Translations under genes and position numbers: made by a program
Shown here: piece by piece, positions 1 to 10,422 of the stretch
Position numbering within the stretch: position 1 is the stretch's first letter
How the letters are laid out: every line of letters begins with the position of its first letter
Notes under the pieces: generated by a model
What the model was told of the DNA's origin: nothing
Database searches by the model: none
The model's input: only the letters and a program-made list of their open reading frames with translations
Source: Eledone cirrhosa
Lineage: Eukaryota
DNA length: 64,000 bases
Assembly: GCA_964016885.1 (NCBI GenBank)
Contig: OZ024740.1
Coordinates: 286,874,001 to 286,938,000 of the forward strand
Direction: 5' to 3'

Positions 1-115
1 TTTCATCCAGTGTTGATAAAATACATTACTGGTCAAGTATTGGGGTCAATATAATCGATTTTCTTCTTTCTTCAAAATTGCTGGCTTTGTGCCTAAATTA
101 GAAGCTATTATTTCT
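1..115 (+). mobile_element. 3' half of a tRNA-derived SINE (abundant family in this window)
   Basis: tttcatcc...ttgataaaat...actggt...ttgctggctttgtgcctaaattagaa matches the body and tail of the copies at 9340, 18655, 21935 and others. Confidence 0.6.
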
Positions 116-725
116 TCCTAGTTGAAGTATTAGCATTGAGAATGATATCAACTATAACTATACATTCATAGAGAAATATAATATTAGAGAAAAAATTAAT
201 TGTTGTAAGCAAAGATATTATTTATGAAAATGTTAATAAATTTGACAATTAATGCTCAGAAGATGTTATAGCTGGATGGACTCAGAGGTATATGAAATAG
301 AAAGACCCATAAATCTGCTAGTTGTAGGTTCACAGAGATATTTGATAATGTGCATGCTAAAGACGAGACAGATACCTATAACTTACAGAACAAGTCTCTG
401 CAAGGTAACTTGCTGCAAGCCAAAGACAATAAGTATGACTGGAGTAAGGTACCAATGAGACATGGTGGTGTAGTGGTACAGTAGATAAAGCCATAAAAGC
501 TAAGTGACATGTCTGAGAAGATTGCAAAAGATGAGAGAATAGGAAATCTGCTAACTTAATATTTATAAAATAAAATTGCTATAACTAATGATTATAGTGG
601 AGAGAAAAAAAAGTTTCCATCTACTGACTTTGAGTGTGTAGGTGTTTTTATATTTCATACATTTATTGGTGGTTAATTATTGCTTATTTTATTTAGTCTA
701 ATATTTTTGTAATGTTTATTTGCAG

Positions 726-816
726 AATATTCGTGGAGGCATGAGTGCCCTGGATACACCTGTTGTATCTGTAGCCACACCTGGAAGTACAATGACTAAT
801 CCGTCCCAATTGGCAG
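726..816 (+). CDS. MEF2: Myocyte enhancer factor 2, internal coding exon (upstream exons including MADS/MEF2 domain lie before the window)
   Basis: tttgcag|AAT...GCAG|gtaatt. Translates NIRGGMSALDTPVVSVATPGSTMTNPSQLA; TPVVSVATP is the conserved MEF2 transactivation-domain motif. Confidence 0.88.
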
Positions 817-895
817 GTAATTGGAATCGTTCATTTTTTTTAAATACAAATTTCTTTATGTGGCTACATTAACCAGTTGTTAATCAGACTATCAA

Positions 896-3800
896 TTTCT
901 CTATATATGTTTCTCTATATATGTTTATATGCTTCAGCATGTACCCATGGGAGGTCGGGTACCCTGTATTACTGCGTGACGCCAGAAGTCACGGTCGTGT
1001 GTCATTGACTTTGAGAGGTGTAGTTGGGTAAGGTCGGCTTTTATCACCTCATCCCAAGTCATCTTGGGTCTCCCCACTCCGCGGTTTCCATCAACTTCTA
1101 GTGCTCTGCACCTTTTTATGCAGCTGTCATCCTTCATACGCATCACATGTCCATACCAGCGTAACCGCCTCTCCTGCACGCAGCATTTGATTCCTCTTAT
1201 GCTCAGTCTCTCTCTCAATTCATTTATGCTTTGTCGTTCACGTATATTACTGTTACACATCCATCGGAGCATGCAGGCTTCGTTTCTCTCTAATCTACGT
1301 AAGTCTTCCACCTTCAGCGCCCAGGTCTCACTACCATGCAACATCGCTGTTCGGATACACGCATCATACAGTCTGCCTTTCATTCTGAGGGAGAAGCCTT
1401 TTGCAGCTAGCAGTGGTAGTAGTTCCCTAAACTTCTTCCATCCCGTTCTTACCCTAGTTATTGTACTTTCTGAGCACCCACCTCCGTTGCTAATTCGGTC
1501 ACCTAGGTAGCAGAAGCTGTCTACTGTTTCTACAGGGCCCTCCCAGAGATTGGTGGTACTTGTTTCCTGTAGCTGTTTGCTTGCTGTTTCAGCACAGCTG
1601 CTGCATGTGAATCCTACATTCTTAATTAAGCTTCCTGAGATCCCGCTACATCTCTTGTGTACCCATTGTTTGCATTTGGGGCAAAGAATGGAGTTCCTAC
1701 CTACACCTTTCCTACATACTGAGCAAGGCCATTTCCCTGAGGGGATCTGGGTTCTGTTTTCTCGTCTACTTATAAGGACCTTAGTCTTTGTCATGTTGAC
1801 TTTGAGGCCCTTTCTCTCTAGTCCCTGCTTCCAGGTTTGGAATTTATTCTCTAGTTCTACCATAGATTCAGCTATGAGTGCGAGGTCATCAGCATACAGG
1901 AGTTCCCATGGGCATCCGGTCTTAAACTCCTCCGTTATTGCCTGCAGGACTATGATGAACAGGAGAGGGCTAAGAACAGAGCCCTGGTGGACCCCAACCT
2001 GTACGCTAAATTCCTCGCTATACTCATTGCCAATCCTAACTTTGCTGACTGCTCCCCTATACATGGCTTGTACCGCTTTCACAAGCCATTCATCTACTCC
2101 TAGTTTTCTAAGAGCCCACCAGATTACTGCACGTGGAACTCTGTCAAAGGCTTTCTCAAGGTCGACAAATGCCAAGTAGAGTGGCTTACTTTTAGCTAGG
2201 TACTTTTCCTGTAATTGCCTCACAAGGAAGAGCGCATCAGTGGTGCCTTTCCCTGGAACAAACCCAAATTGCATCTCGTCTATATTCACCCGGTCCCTAA
2301 TCAACTGTGCTATAACTCTTTCTGTTACTTTCATGACCTGGTCCATCAACTTTATACCTCTATAGTTTCCTCTATCTAGTGCATCGCCTTTACCTTTGTA
2401 GCAGTTGACAATGATGCTACTGCACCAATCTTTTGGTATGGCCCCCTCTAGTATTACCTGGTTAACGATACGTGTGGTTATAGTGTGACCTACAGACCCA
2501 GATGCCTTCAGCATCTCGGCAGCTATACCCGATGGACCGGTTGCCTTCCCTATCTTCATATCTCTGATTGCCTTACTTACTACGCTGCCGCTGACTTGTA
2601 CTGCTGGTCCCTCTATAGGGTCTACGTGGGGTAGGGTCTCTTCTTCCCATGCATTCTCCTCATTTAGTAATCTATCATAATGACTCTTCCATGCATCTTT
2701 CTTCTCAGCACTTGTGAGGGCAAGCTCACCTTTATCATTCCGGATACACTTCTCTCCAATGACATCACAACTATCTCTGACACACTGCCTCGCAATCTTG
2801 AATACCTCCTGTTTCTGGTCCTCACGTTGTAAAACATGCTTGAATTTTCTATCCTCTGCTTCCCTCCTAGCTAAGTATACTTGTCGCCTAGCTTCCCTCT
2901 TGGTCTCTATGTAATGTACCCTGCTCCCCCCGTTCTTCCATTCTTTCCATGCCTGTCTCTTGGCCTTGACTGCTTCATCTACCTTATTGTTCCACCACCA
3001 AGTCACTCTCCTCCTGCTTGAGGTCTTACTCCAGCCACAAACCTCATCCGTCGCCTCTAGTAAGTTATTTTTTAGGAACTCCCAGTTCTCTTCTACGTTA
3101 AATGTCTCTATCTGTTCTTCTTTACTGTCGTAGGCGTTGAGTAAAATATCTTTAAATCTGTTACTGGTTGAGGGGACTTTCAGCTTCCAGATCTTTCTTC
3201 TCCAGGTTGGCCTCTGTTTCAGGGCTCGTCTAGTTCTGACCGTGAGGTCGCTGACAACTAAGCTATGTTGGGATGTACATTCCTCACTAGGGAAGGCTTT
3301 TGTGTTTACGACCGTCCATCTGTCACGTCCTCTGATGAGGATAAAATCTAACTGACTAGAGTGCTCCCCTGATCTATAGGTGATCAGGTGGTTGTCGGGT
3401 TTTTTAAAGTTTGTGTTACATATCGACATGTCATTGGCGTCGCAGAATTCTAGAAGTCTGAATCCTTCCTCATTCCTTGTGCCAACTCCATGGCCTCCAT
3501 GTACTCTATTGAAGCCGTCGCAGTGTTTACCTACGTGTCCGTTAAAATCTCCTGCAATGATTAGGAAGTCCTTGTCGTCTGTTAGAGCAGTAGTGTGTAT
3601 TAGGGACTCGTAAAACCTATCCTTAAGTTCGTCTGGCAGCCCCGATTGGGGTGCGTAAGCTGATATTATTGTGGTAATTGTCTTATTCAGGACTAGTCTG
3701 AGTTTAATGATTCTTGCATTTACCCTGTACACTGAGATTACTTTATCTACCCACTTGTCAGCTAATAGTATACCTACACCACCCATCCCATCGTCATTTC

Positions 3801-4075
3801 CCACCCAGAAAAATTTGTAGCACTGGCTTTTTCCTACAAGGACTCTAGCAGACCCTCCTCTCCATCTAGTCTCTTGCACACAGCATACATCAACTTCCTT
3901 TCGCTCTAGCATTTCTACGATTTCTCCTGCTCTTCCTTTCATTGAGCCTACATTGATGGTACCAACTCGGAGTTTTGGGCATTTGTCGACACTCGTAGGG
4001 GAGGGTCTCTGGGAGGTGTAGTGTGGTGTGACGGTGCGGTGTGTAGTGACAGTCAGGTGAGGTGTGGTCTGTTTT
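896..4075 (-). mobile_element. RTE-clade LINE, ORF-intact, slightly 5'-truncated, antisense inside a MEF2 intron
   Basis: Single EN-RT ORF. Short tandem tail (tttctctatatatg x2, 896-923) directly after the stop. GC content rises abruptly at both borders. No clear TSD seen. Confidence 0.92.
934..3942 (-). CDS. RTE endonuclease-reverse transcriptase polyprotein (1002 aa from first Met; frame is open upstream to 4074)
   Basis: APE motifs VCCVQETRW, SAYAPQ, AGDFNGH, LDFIL, SQH. RT motifs YRGIKL, QFGF, FVDLEKAFD, GVHQGSVLSP, YADD, FCYLG. RTE C-terminus RLRWYGHVMR, GRPKMTW. The first APE motif LRVGTINVGS lies in frame just upstream of the Met. Confidence 0.95.
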   Translation of the reverse strand: MKGRAGEIVEMLERKEVDVCCVQETRWRGGSARVLVGKSQCYKFFWVGNDDGMGGVGILLADKWVDKVISVYRVNARIIKLRLVLNKTITTIISAYAPQSGLPDELKDRFYESLIHTTALTDDKDFLIIAGDFNGHVGKHCDGFNRVHGGHGVGTRNEEGFRLLEFCDANDMSICNTNFKKPDNHLITYRSGEHSSQLDFILIRGRDRWTVVNTKAFPSEECTSQHSLVVSDLTVRTRRALKQRPTWRRKIWKLKVPSTSNRFKDILLNAYDSKEEQIETFNVEENWEFLKNNLLEATDEVCGWSKTSSRRRVTWWWNNKVDEAVKAKRQAWKEWKNGGSRVHYIETKREARRQVYLARREAEDRKFKHVLQREDQKQEVFKIARQCVRDSCDVIGEKCIRNDKGELALTSAEKKDAWKSHYDRLLNEENAWEEETLPHVDPIEGPAVQVSGSVVSKAIRDMKIGKATGPSGIAAEMLKASGSVGHTITTRIVNQVILEGAIPKDWCSSIIVNCYKGKGDALDRGNYRGIKLMDQVMKVTERVIAQLIRDRVNIDEMQFGFVPGKGTTDALFLVRQLQEKYLAKSKPLYLAFVDLEKAFDRVPRAVIWWALRKLGVDEWLVKAVQAMYRGAVSKVRIGNEYSEEFSVQVGVHQGSVLSPLLFIIVLQAITEEFKTGCPWELLYADDLALIAESMVELENKFQTWKQGLERKGLKVNMTKTKVLISRRENRTQIPSGKWPCSVCRKGVGRNSILCPKCKQWVHKRCSGISGSLIKNVGFTCSSCAETASKQLQETSTTNLWEGPVETVDSFCYLGDRISNGGGCSESTITRVRTGWKKFRELLPLLAAKGFSLRMKGRLYDACIRTAMLHGSETWALKVEDLRRLERNEACMLRWMCNSNIRERQSINELRERLSIRGIKCCVQERRLRWYGHVMRMKDDSCIKRCRALEVDGNRGVGRPKMTWDEVIKADLTQLHLSKSMTHDRDFWRHAVIQGTRPPMGTC

Positions 4076-4112
4076 CAAATAATTATTTACTGGTATATTT
4101 TTCCATTTTCAG

Positions 4113-4227
4113 ATGATAGCCAATTTAGTGCTGACTTGGCTGGTTTCATAGGTAGTAACAAGGTGTTTCTAAACCAGTGGGCAGCTCAAAGTTCAGTCCA
4201 TGGTCCAACTCTACAATTGTCTGCCAG
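4113..4227 (+). CDS. MEF2: MEF2 penultimate coding exon
   Basis: ttttcag|AT...CCAG|gtaaaa. Phase 1 joins the previous exon: DDSQFSADLAGFIGSNKVFLNQWAAQSSVHGPTLQLSA, resembling the SSADL..GF...W segment of vertebrate MEF2. Confidence 0.85.
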
Positions 4228-5201
4228 GTAAAAAATATTACTCAAATTTTTCTTTTTTATTTAAAGCTGATCCTTGCATATAGATACACACTTCTCATCT
4301 TCATCTATTTTAAATGTTATCTAATTGGGTAATTTTGTTAATGACCATGTAATAGTACCTGACTTTTATTTTTTTTATTTTTTTTTTATTAAATAAGAGG
4401 TAATAATTCTCTGTTCTTAATTTTGAATTCAGATTTTAATCTTTTTTTAGATTATACTTTCCAAGAGAGCTACAGCTGATATAGTTGAGGGTACTAGACA
4501 ACCTGCTATTGTTGGTTATTTATATTTTGTTGCTGGTATACTATTCATACCCAAAACACTTAACTCTCAATGGCTCAATCGTGATGGAAGTGCCACAATA
4601 GATATAGCTCATTGCTGTAAGATGTGGTAGGACTGTAAAAATTGACATGTATTTTATGGGCTTCCAGCATCCCTCTTCTTTTGGATATAGTGCCGTAGTG
4701 TATCAATATTTTATTATTGCTAGTTAGATTAGACAGATTTTGGAAAGTTAAAATTAGGAAATGGAATAGATTCCAATTTTCTATCACTTGTATTTGAAAT
4801 TCAGAAAACAATTATACTTCCTTTTATTTGTGGTCTGAAGTGGATTAGATAAGAAAAGGTGATACAAAGCTGTACCTTGGCAGAAACATTGTTGTATCCA
4901 AGCAAATACATACTCTTGTTTAACTCTGTCAAATTTAGTTGAAAATCCATACTACTTACATTTTATTACCAAATGTTCAATGTAAGGAAATTCTACTATA
5001 AAAATCATATAGTCAATAATTTATGCAATTTTCTGAATAAAGCTATGTAGCCTATATTAACTAAATAGCTGTGAAATTAAAAATATATTAATGCATCATT
5101 GTACTCAGTCTTTTGTTTTTGCTTAAAGATGCATTTATAATGTTGTTTTCCTTTTCTTTTTAGTTATACATTATTAATGTAATATTCTTCTCTTTTTAAA
5201 G

Positions 5202-5451
5202 CTCAATTCATTCAACGGACAGCGGAAAAATCAAAAGTGAACCAATCACACCACCTCGAGATTCAACGTCCCCAAATATTTCTGTTCATCGCTTACAAAC
5301 TACAATTGGTCAACATCTTTCTCCAAATCATCACAATCCATCTCCTTCATTACATCCCGTCCTCCATCACCCTATCAATGTCCCTGTAGTCACAGATCAT
5401 GATGATCAATCATCACCTGAGAAAAAGCCAAGGGTAACAACAGGGGATTGA
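5202..5451 (+). CDS. MEF2: MEF2 last coding exon
   Basis: tttttaaag|C, phase 2. SSIHSTDSGKIKSEPITPPRD...SSPEKKPRVTTGD*, with the IKSEPxxPPRD SUMO motif and a C-terminal basic NLS-like end. TGA at 5449-5451. Confidence 0.9.
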
Positions 5452-5815
5452 TAAACAAGATCATTATATATTAAATTCATTTTCATGTAATCCTTGATCT
5501 GTCAAACTAATGTTTATATTATTACATTTGCTACCTTGCCAGTAGGCGGGTTGACTGAGTCATATCCCCAGAGTTTGCTCTGCTTGCTGAGTGTCATCTG
5601 TTCTACAAAGAAAAAATATATTAACAGTTGTTCTCTAGGTTGCCTTCAGAATTGCCAGAACAAATTCATCCTGGAGTGCCCAGAATGAGCTCACTAGCAT
5701 TGAAACTGTCGAATTTTAAATAATGACCCAGTCATTGTTGAGTTGTATGTTTAGCATGCAATTTTATCTTTTAATTTCATTGAGTGAGAGCATTATTTAA
5801 TAATTATAAAAAGTT

Positions 5816-5847
<32 letters not shown>

Positions 5848-8800
5848 TATAGAACATCATAGTTTATCAGACCAATCATCTTTTATATATAAACACAAAA
5901 CGTGTGTGTGTGTATGTGTGTGTCTGCTTCTGTGTACATACATTAACACACATGGACACACCTCCATTCACATACAACCACAGATAAACATGTCAGGGAG
6001 ATTGTATACTTAAGCATCATTTTCTTACATGCACATGTGTGTAAAATATTGTTTGTGTGCATGTAAAATGTATGAATGAACAATTATTGTGCACCTGTGT
6101 TCTCAACTAATTCAGTGTGATATTACTGTTATCAAGTAGATCTTATCACTTGATTTACATATTTATATTGTTGGAAATATTTCATATTTCAGATATAGTT
6201 GCTGGTTTTTCTACAATTAATGATAATAGCAACTAATATTATTGAAATAATTAGATTATAGATTAACTTCAAACTGCTATGTAGGAAAAAAATATTAAAT
6301 TATTAAGCAGCCAACATTTTTCTTCCAAACGTTTTTGTGGAATCAAATACTGAAATTTTTAATCATTAAATAGACATCTATAACTTGAACCTTAGAAAGG
6401 CTTGCCATAGATTGAAATCAATGTGTACAAATTTGTAAACGTAATTTATCTTGTTTCATTGTTAATTGCCATATGGTTGTTCCATACCAGACCAAATATA
6501 TATATATATATATATTTTTATGTAATTTTTTTATAGAAAATGTACATGCTTAATCTAATTAATGTCATGCAAAATACCAACTATGAAAATTTAGCTCCAA
6601 CAATGATTAATTAATTGGTTATCAAATCAATTTTATATTTTTTGTATATTTATCATGTATGCTTTTTCAAGTATTTATTTTTAATTGTTGCCTCTTGCTC
6701 CTGGCATAAAAAATTATAAAACCTGGAATATTTATAAATATCTTGTAGTAGTTATATCAGCAAGAGATACATATTATCGATATTGTTTTTCTAGAAATAT
6801 TGCTGCTTTCCACAGTTTTCAAAACATATTTGAAACGTTGTCAATGTTTTATTTGTTAATTCATTGGCAATAGAGTAGGTTGTTATTATGACAAGCTCTT
6901 TTGTAGCTTTCATGTCTTTATGTCTATTATTTGATCATAAAGGCATGTGATGATCTTCAAATATTGACACACAAAAAAGTAAATTTACTATTTATCAGAT
7001 GATTCTCACTCCTCTGTTTATTTCACTCTCACTTTCTCAAATATAGGCTGTTTATTTATTTTTTTTTTTCAGCTGTAATTAATATTTTACTTCATATTTC
7101 TGAACAAAAATTTAGAAGTAATTTTACAACTAGTGTCATTTAGATGTTCAGTATTTGAATTAAAATTTGCTAAAACTTATTGGCAACATTAGTTCTATAG
7201 ATTTAACATCGATTAGTTAATTTATTCTTTAATGATGAAAACACTAAAATAATATGAAAAAAAAAACTACATTTGGAATGCAACGAAATGATAAAAAATT
7301 AGTCCGCTATTAGTAAAAATCAGTAGCTAGTAAAAGAAGTTGTTTGCTATTGATAAATCAATGCACATGAGTGTCGTTTTATAGGTGACTGAAAGAGACT
7401 GTGATGAGCTTTTTATCCACTTGTGTGGACTGTTCCCTTTAAATTAATATCCAGTATCTAATTTCTAAATTAATAGCAAAATGTGAATATATCTCGATCA
7501 ATTGTTTTCATTCTGTCATTAAATTTTCAGAAGACACAAACATTTGTTTGATTAAAATTAGTTTGCTGAAATAATGAAAGAAGAATTTGTAATGATGGAT
7601 CAAGATTTTGATACTGACAGGCCATTTTCGAAATATTTTATTTACTCCTCATATTACATGTCGATTTGTTTTAATGTTGTAAATAATTCTTTAACTAAAA
7701 AGATACTAACCATTGATTTTACTGCTTTCGTTAAAAATTTTAATAGACATCAATTCTTTTGTTAACAAATTCATTTATTTATCTCAATATATTCATCATT
7801 ATCATCATCATCGACACCTTTTATTAACTCCTTAAGACCAAAATGTTAAATTATTTCTGATGGGACTTCATGATTCTGAGTTGAATTTTCATATGTTCTG
7901 CTCTGCCAGAGAGTTACAAAGATATTTTGGTTTAGAGTCAATAATTTTTAGTAAAGTTTAATGTCTAATGTCTGAATGTGTTTACAGTTTATATCCATCT
8001 TTCTAAAGCTTTTTAGTTTATTTTATCAATCTATTTATGATATTATTTTTACTTAATGTTTAATTTTAGGCTATTTTATGTTTTAGGCTTATTTAAAATT
8101 TTCGATTAGTAAGTTTTCATTTTCCAATAAACCAATTTTGTAATAATGTACTTTAAATTTTATTTTGAATTCAATTACCTTAAATGAATTAATCAATTCC
8201 AGCTTAAAGATTTAATTTGATCTTGTAAATATTATCATGTCTAGATGTGGATTTAATTGTCTATTTTACATAAAGCCTAATTATTAATTGTAATAGGTAA
8301 AGTACTATGACAATCTTTATGAAAATATACTTGTAGCAGTTAATTTGGTGGTACGGGGTTGAAAAACAATCTTTTGTCAGTAGAAATTCAGCAATTAAAT
8401 ATTTATTGCTACTGTTTAAATACTGCTTCTAATTCATTGCAATTGGACATAATTTGCATTAGTCATAAAATGATTTATATTTGAATTCTGTTGGTGAGTT
8501 TACTTCGAAGTAATATCCTGTGAAGGTGCAAGTGCATTGCATATTTTATCTCTCAAATACTTAAATGTTACACAAGATGAAATATAGTAAGAATTTATTT
8601 TTAAGTTCCATTTACACAATGGTTAAATTTATTCAAATTAAGCTAGATAAGAAACCATTATTATCCTTAGCTTTAATGTCTATACTTGAGACTGTTTTCA
8701 TGTAGCAGTAATATTTGGTCTCTTTGAATTTTATATTCATTTCACACTTACTCTAGATCTCTAATATTCTAGCTCTCTCTAAGTTTTTTTATAGTTATTC

Positions 8801-9339
8801 TATTGTAATTTTTTATTTCATTAACTTTTTGAATAACCTAGTACATATATTTCCTTGACATCTTAGCACAACTTATATATCAATCTTCTTTAGCTAACAT
8901 ATAATTACTATCTCAGACTTGGTGTTTTACATATTTCTTTTTTTTTTTATTATTCTTTACTCCTAATTCTATTATTCCCAAGTATTACAATGGAAATCCC
9001 TTTGTCTGCACTAACACTACTTGATCTACTCACTCTTATTGGGTGTTGTAATTAAAGAATTTAGACAAGGGCTGGTTAACATTCTTGTTTTTTTTTTTTC
9101 CTAAGTTATTCTTTCGACACATTCACAATAGACAAGCTGTACATTATTATTATTATTTTGCCTGGTAAAAACTCTTGGAACACTGGATCGAATACATGCC
9201 TAAGTTTACTTTGTTTTCATTCTCCCGGGGTTCATAAGATAGATACCAATAGAATTTCTGTTTTACTATACCACTCTTTCTGGATATATGGCCTTGTACA
9301 TCAATAAGAAATAATATTGTTATTATTATTTCTATATTA

Positions 9340-9547
9340 GTGGATTGGTAAAGTCATTAGAGCATTGAACGAATACTTAGCAGTATTCGTTCTGACATTT
9401 TACATTCTGAGTTCAAATCCTGCTTAAGTCAAAATTGCCTTTCATCTTTCTGGTGTTGATAAAATAAAATACCAGTAAAGTACTGGGGTTGATTAAATCA
9501 ACTTTCCATTTCTTCAAATTGCTGGCCTTGTGTCTAAATTAGAACTC
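9340..9547 (+). mobile_element. tRNA-derived SINE, full length, diverged
   Basis: Head tggattggtaaagtcattagagc, B-box GAGTTCAAATCC, body gcctttcatc...gataaaataaaataccag, tail ttgctggccttgtg. Confidence 0.75.
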
Positions 9548-10364
9548 ATCTCGTATCTCAATAAAACATTTAATTCATCATTGATGCATGCAGTGTTATT
9601 TTCTTTAAGTGTGCTAGATGTGTTATTAGTAGAGATTCTTACCTAGAATGTGTGCCATGCTTAATTTTGTTGTTTTTATTGTTTTTTCTAGTGACATCTG
9701 TAACCTAAATTTTTTCCTATGTTTATTTTTACTAATTCCTAATACTATTATTATGAATTTAATTTCTGCTTGTAATCTGTGTATGCTTTTACAGCTATTT
9801 CAAGGTCTTTATATTTTTATAGTTTCTCAATTTCTGTTTTCGTCAAGAGAGATTGATATATTGATCAAAAGACATGTTTTTTTACACCCAATCTTAAATA
9901 TATGGTTGGTTTTTGCCTTAATTTCCCTATTAGCTTTCTCGGACATGTGTCAGAATATTGATATGACCAAGTAACAATACCTGGTTATTTTGATTGATCA
10001 CTGGTGCGTGAATGTTTGCACTACATATTGATGTCCTGATTTGACACCTATCAAATACATACTACATAGTCAGTAATGCCTGAATATATATTCTGACTTG
10101 GATGAGAATAAACAGATTTACTCATGGCACACATGCTGCATCATCAATTATCAAATAATAAAAATGAAGTAAACCATATTTTTATATCTATAATTTGATT
10201 AAAGTAGTTGTAAAAGTATCACTGAAATTTAACTTTGAAATAATTTAAACAGAAATATCAGGTTATTTTCATTTTTTATATAATGAGAATAACGCACACA
10301 TACATATGTAGGTATTTAACATAATACTAATTGAAACATCTTAAAATGTGCATGTAATGTGAAT

Positions 10365-10367
<3 letters not shown>

Positions 10368-10419
<52 letters not shown>
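10368..10419. repeat. (TA)n microsatellite
   Basis: About 25 perfect TA units. Confidence 0.95.

Positions 10420-10422
<3 letters not shown>

Noticed and set aside
1064-3613. Plus-strand ORFs of 66-209 aa
   Set aside because: Antisense shadows of the RTE ORF with no independent motifs.
5164-5201. Upstream alternative acceptor for the last MEF2 exon
   Set aside because: It would add 38 nt, shift the frame and hit TAA, losing the IKSEP motif.
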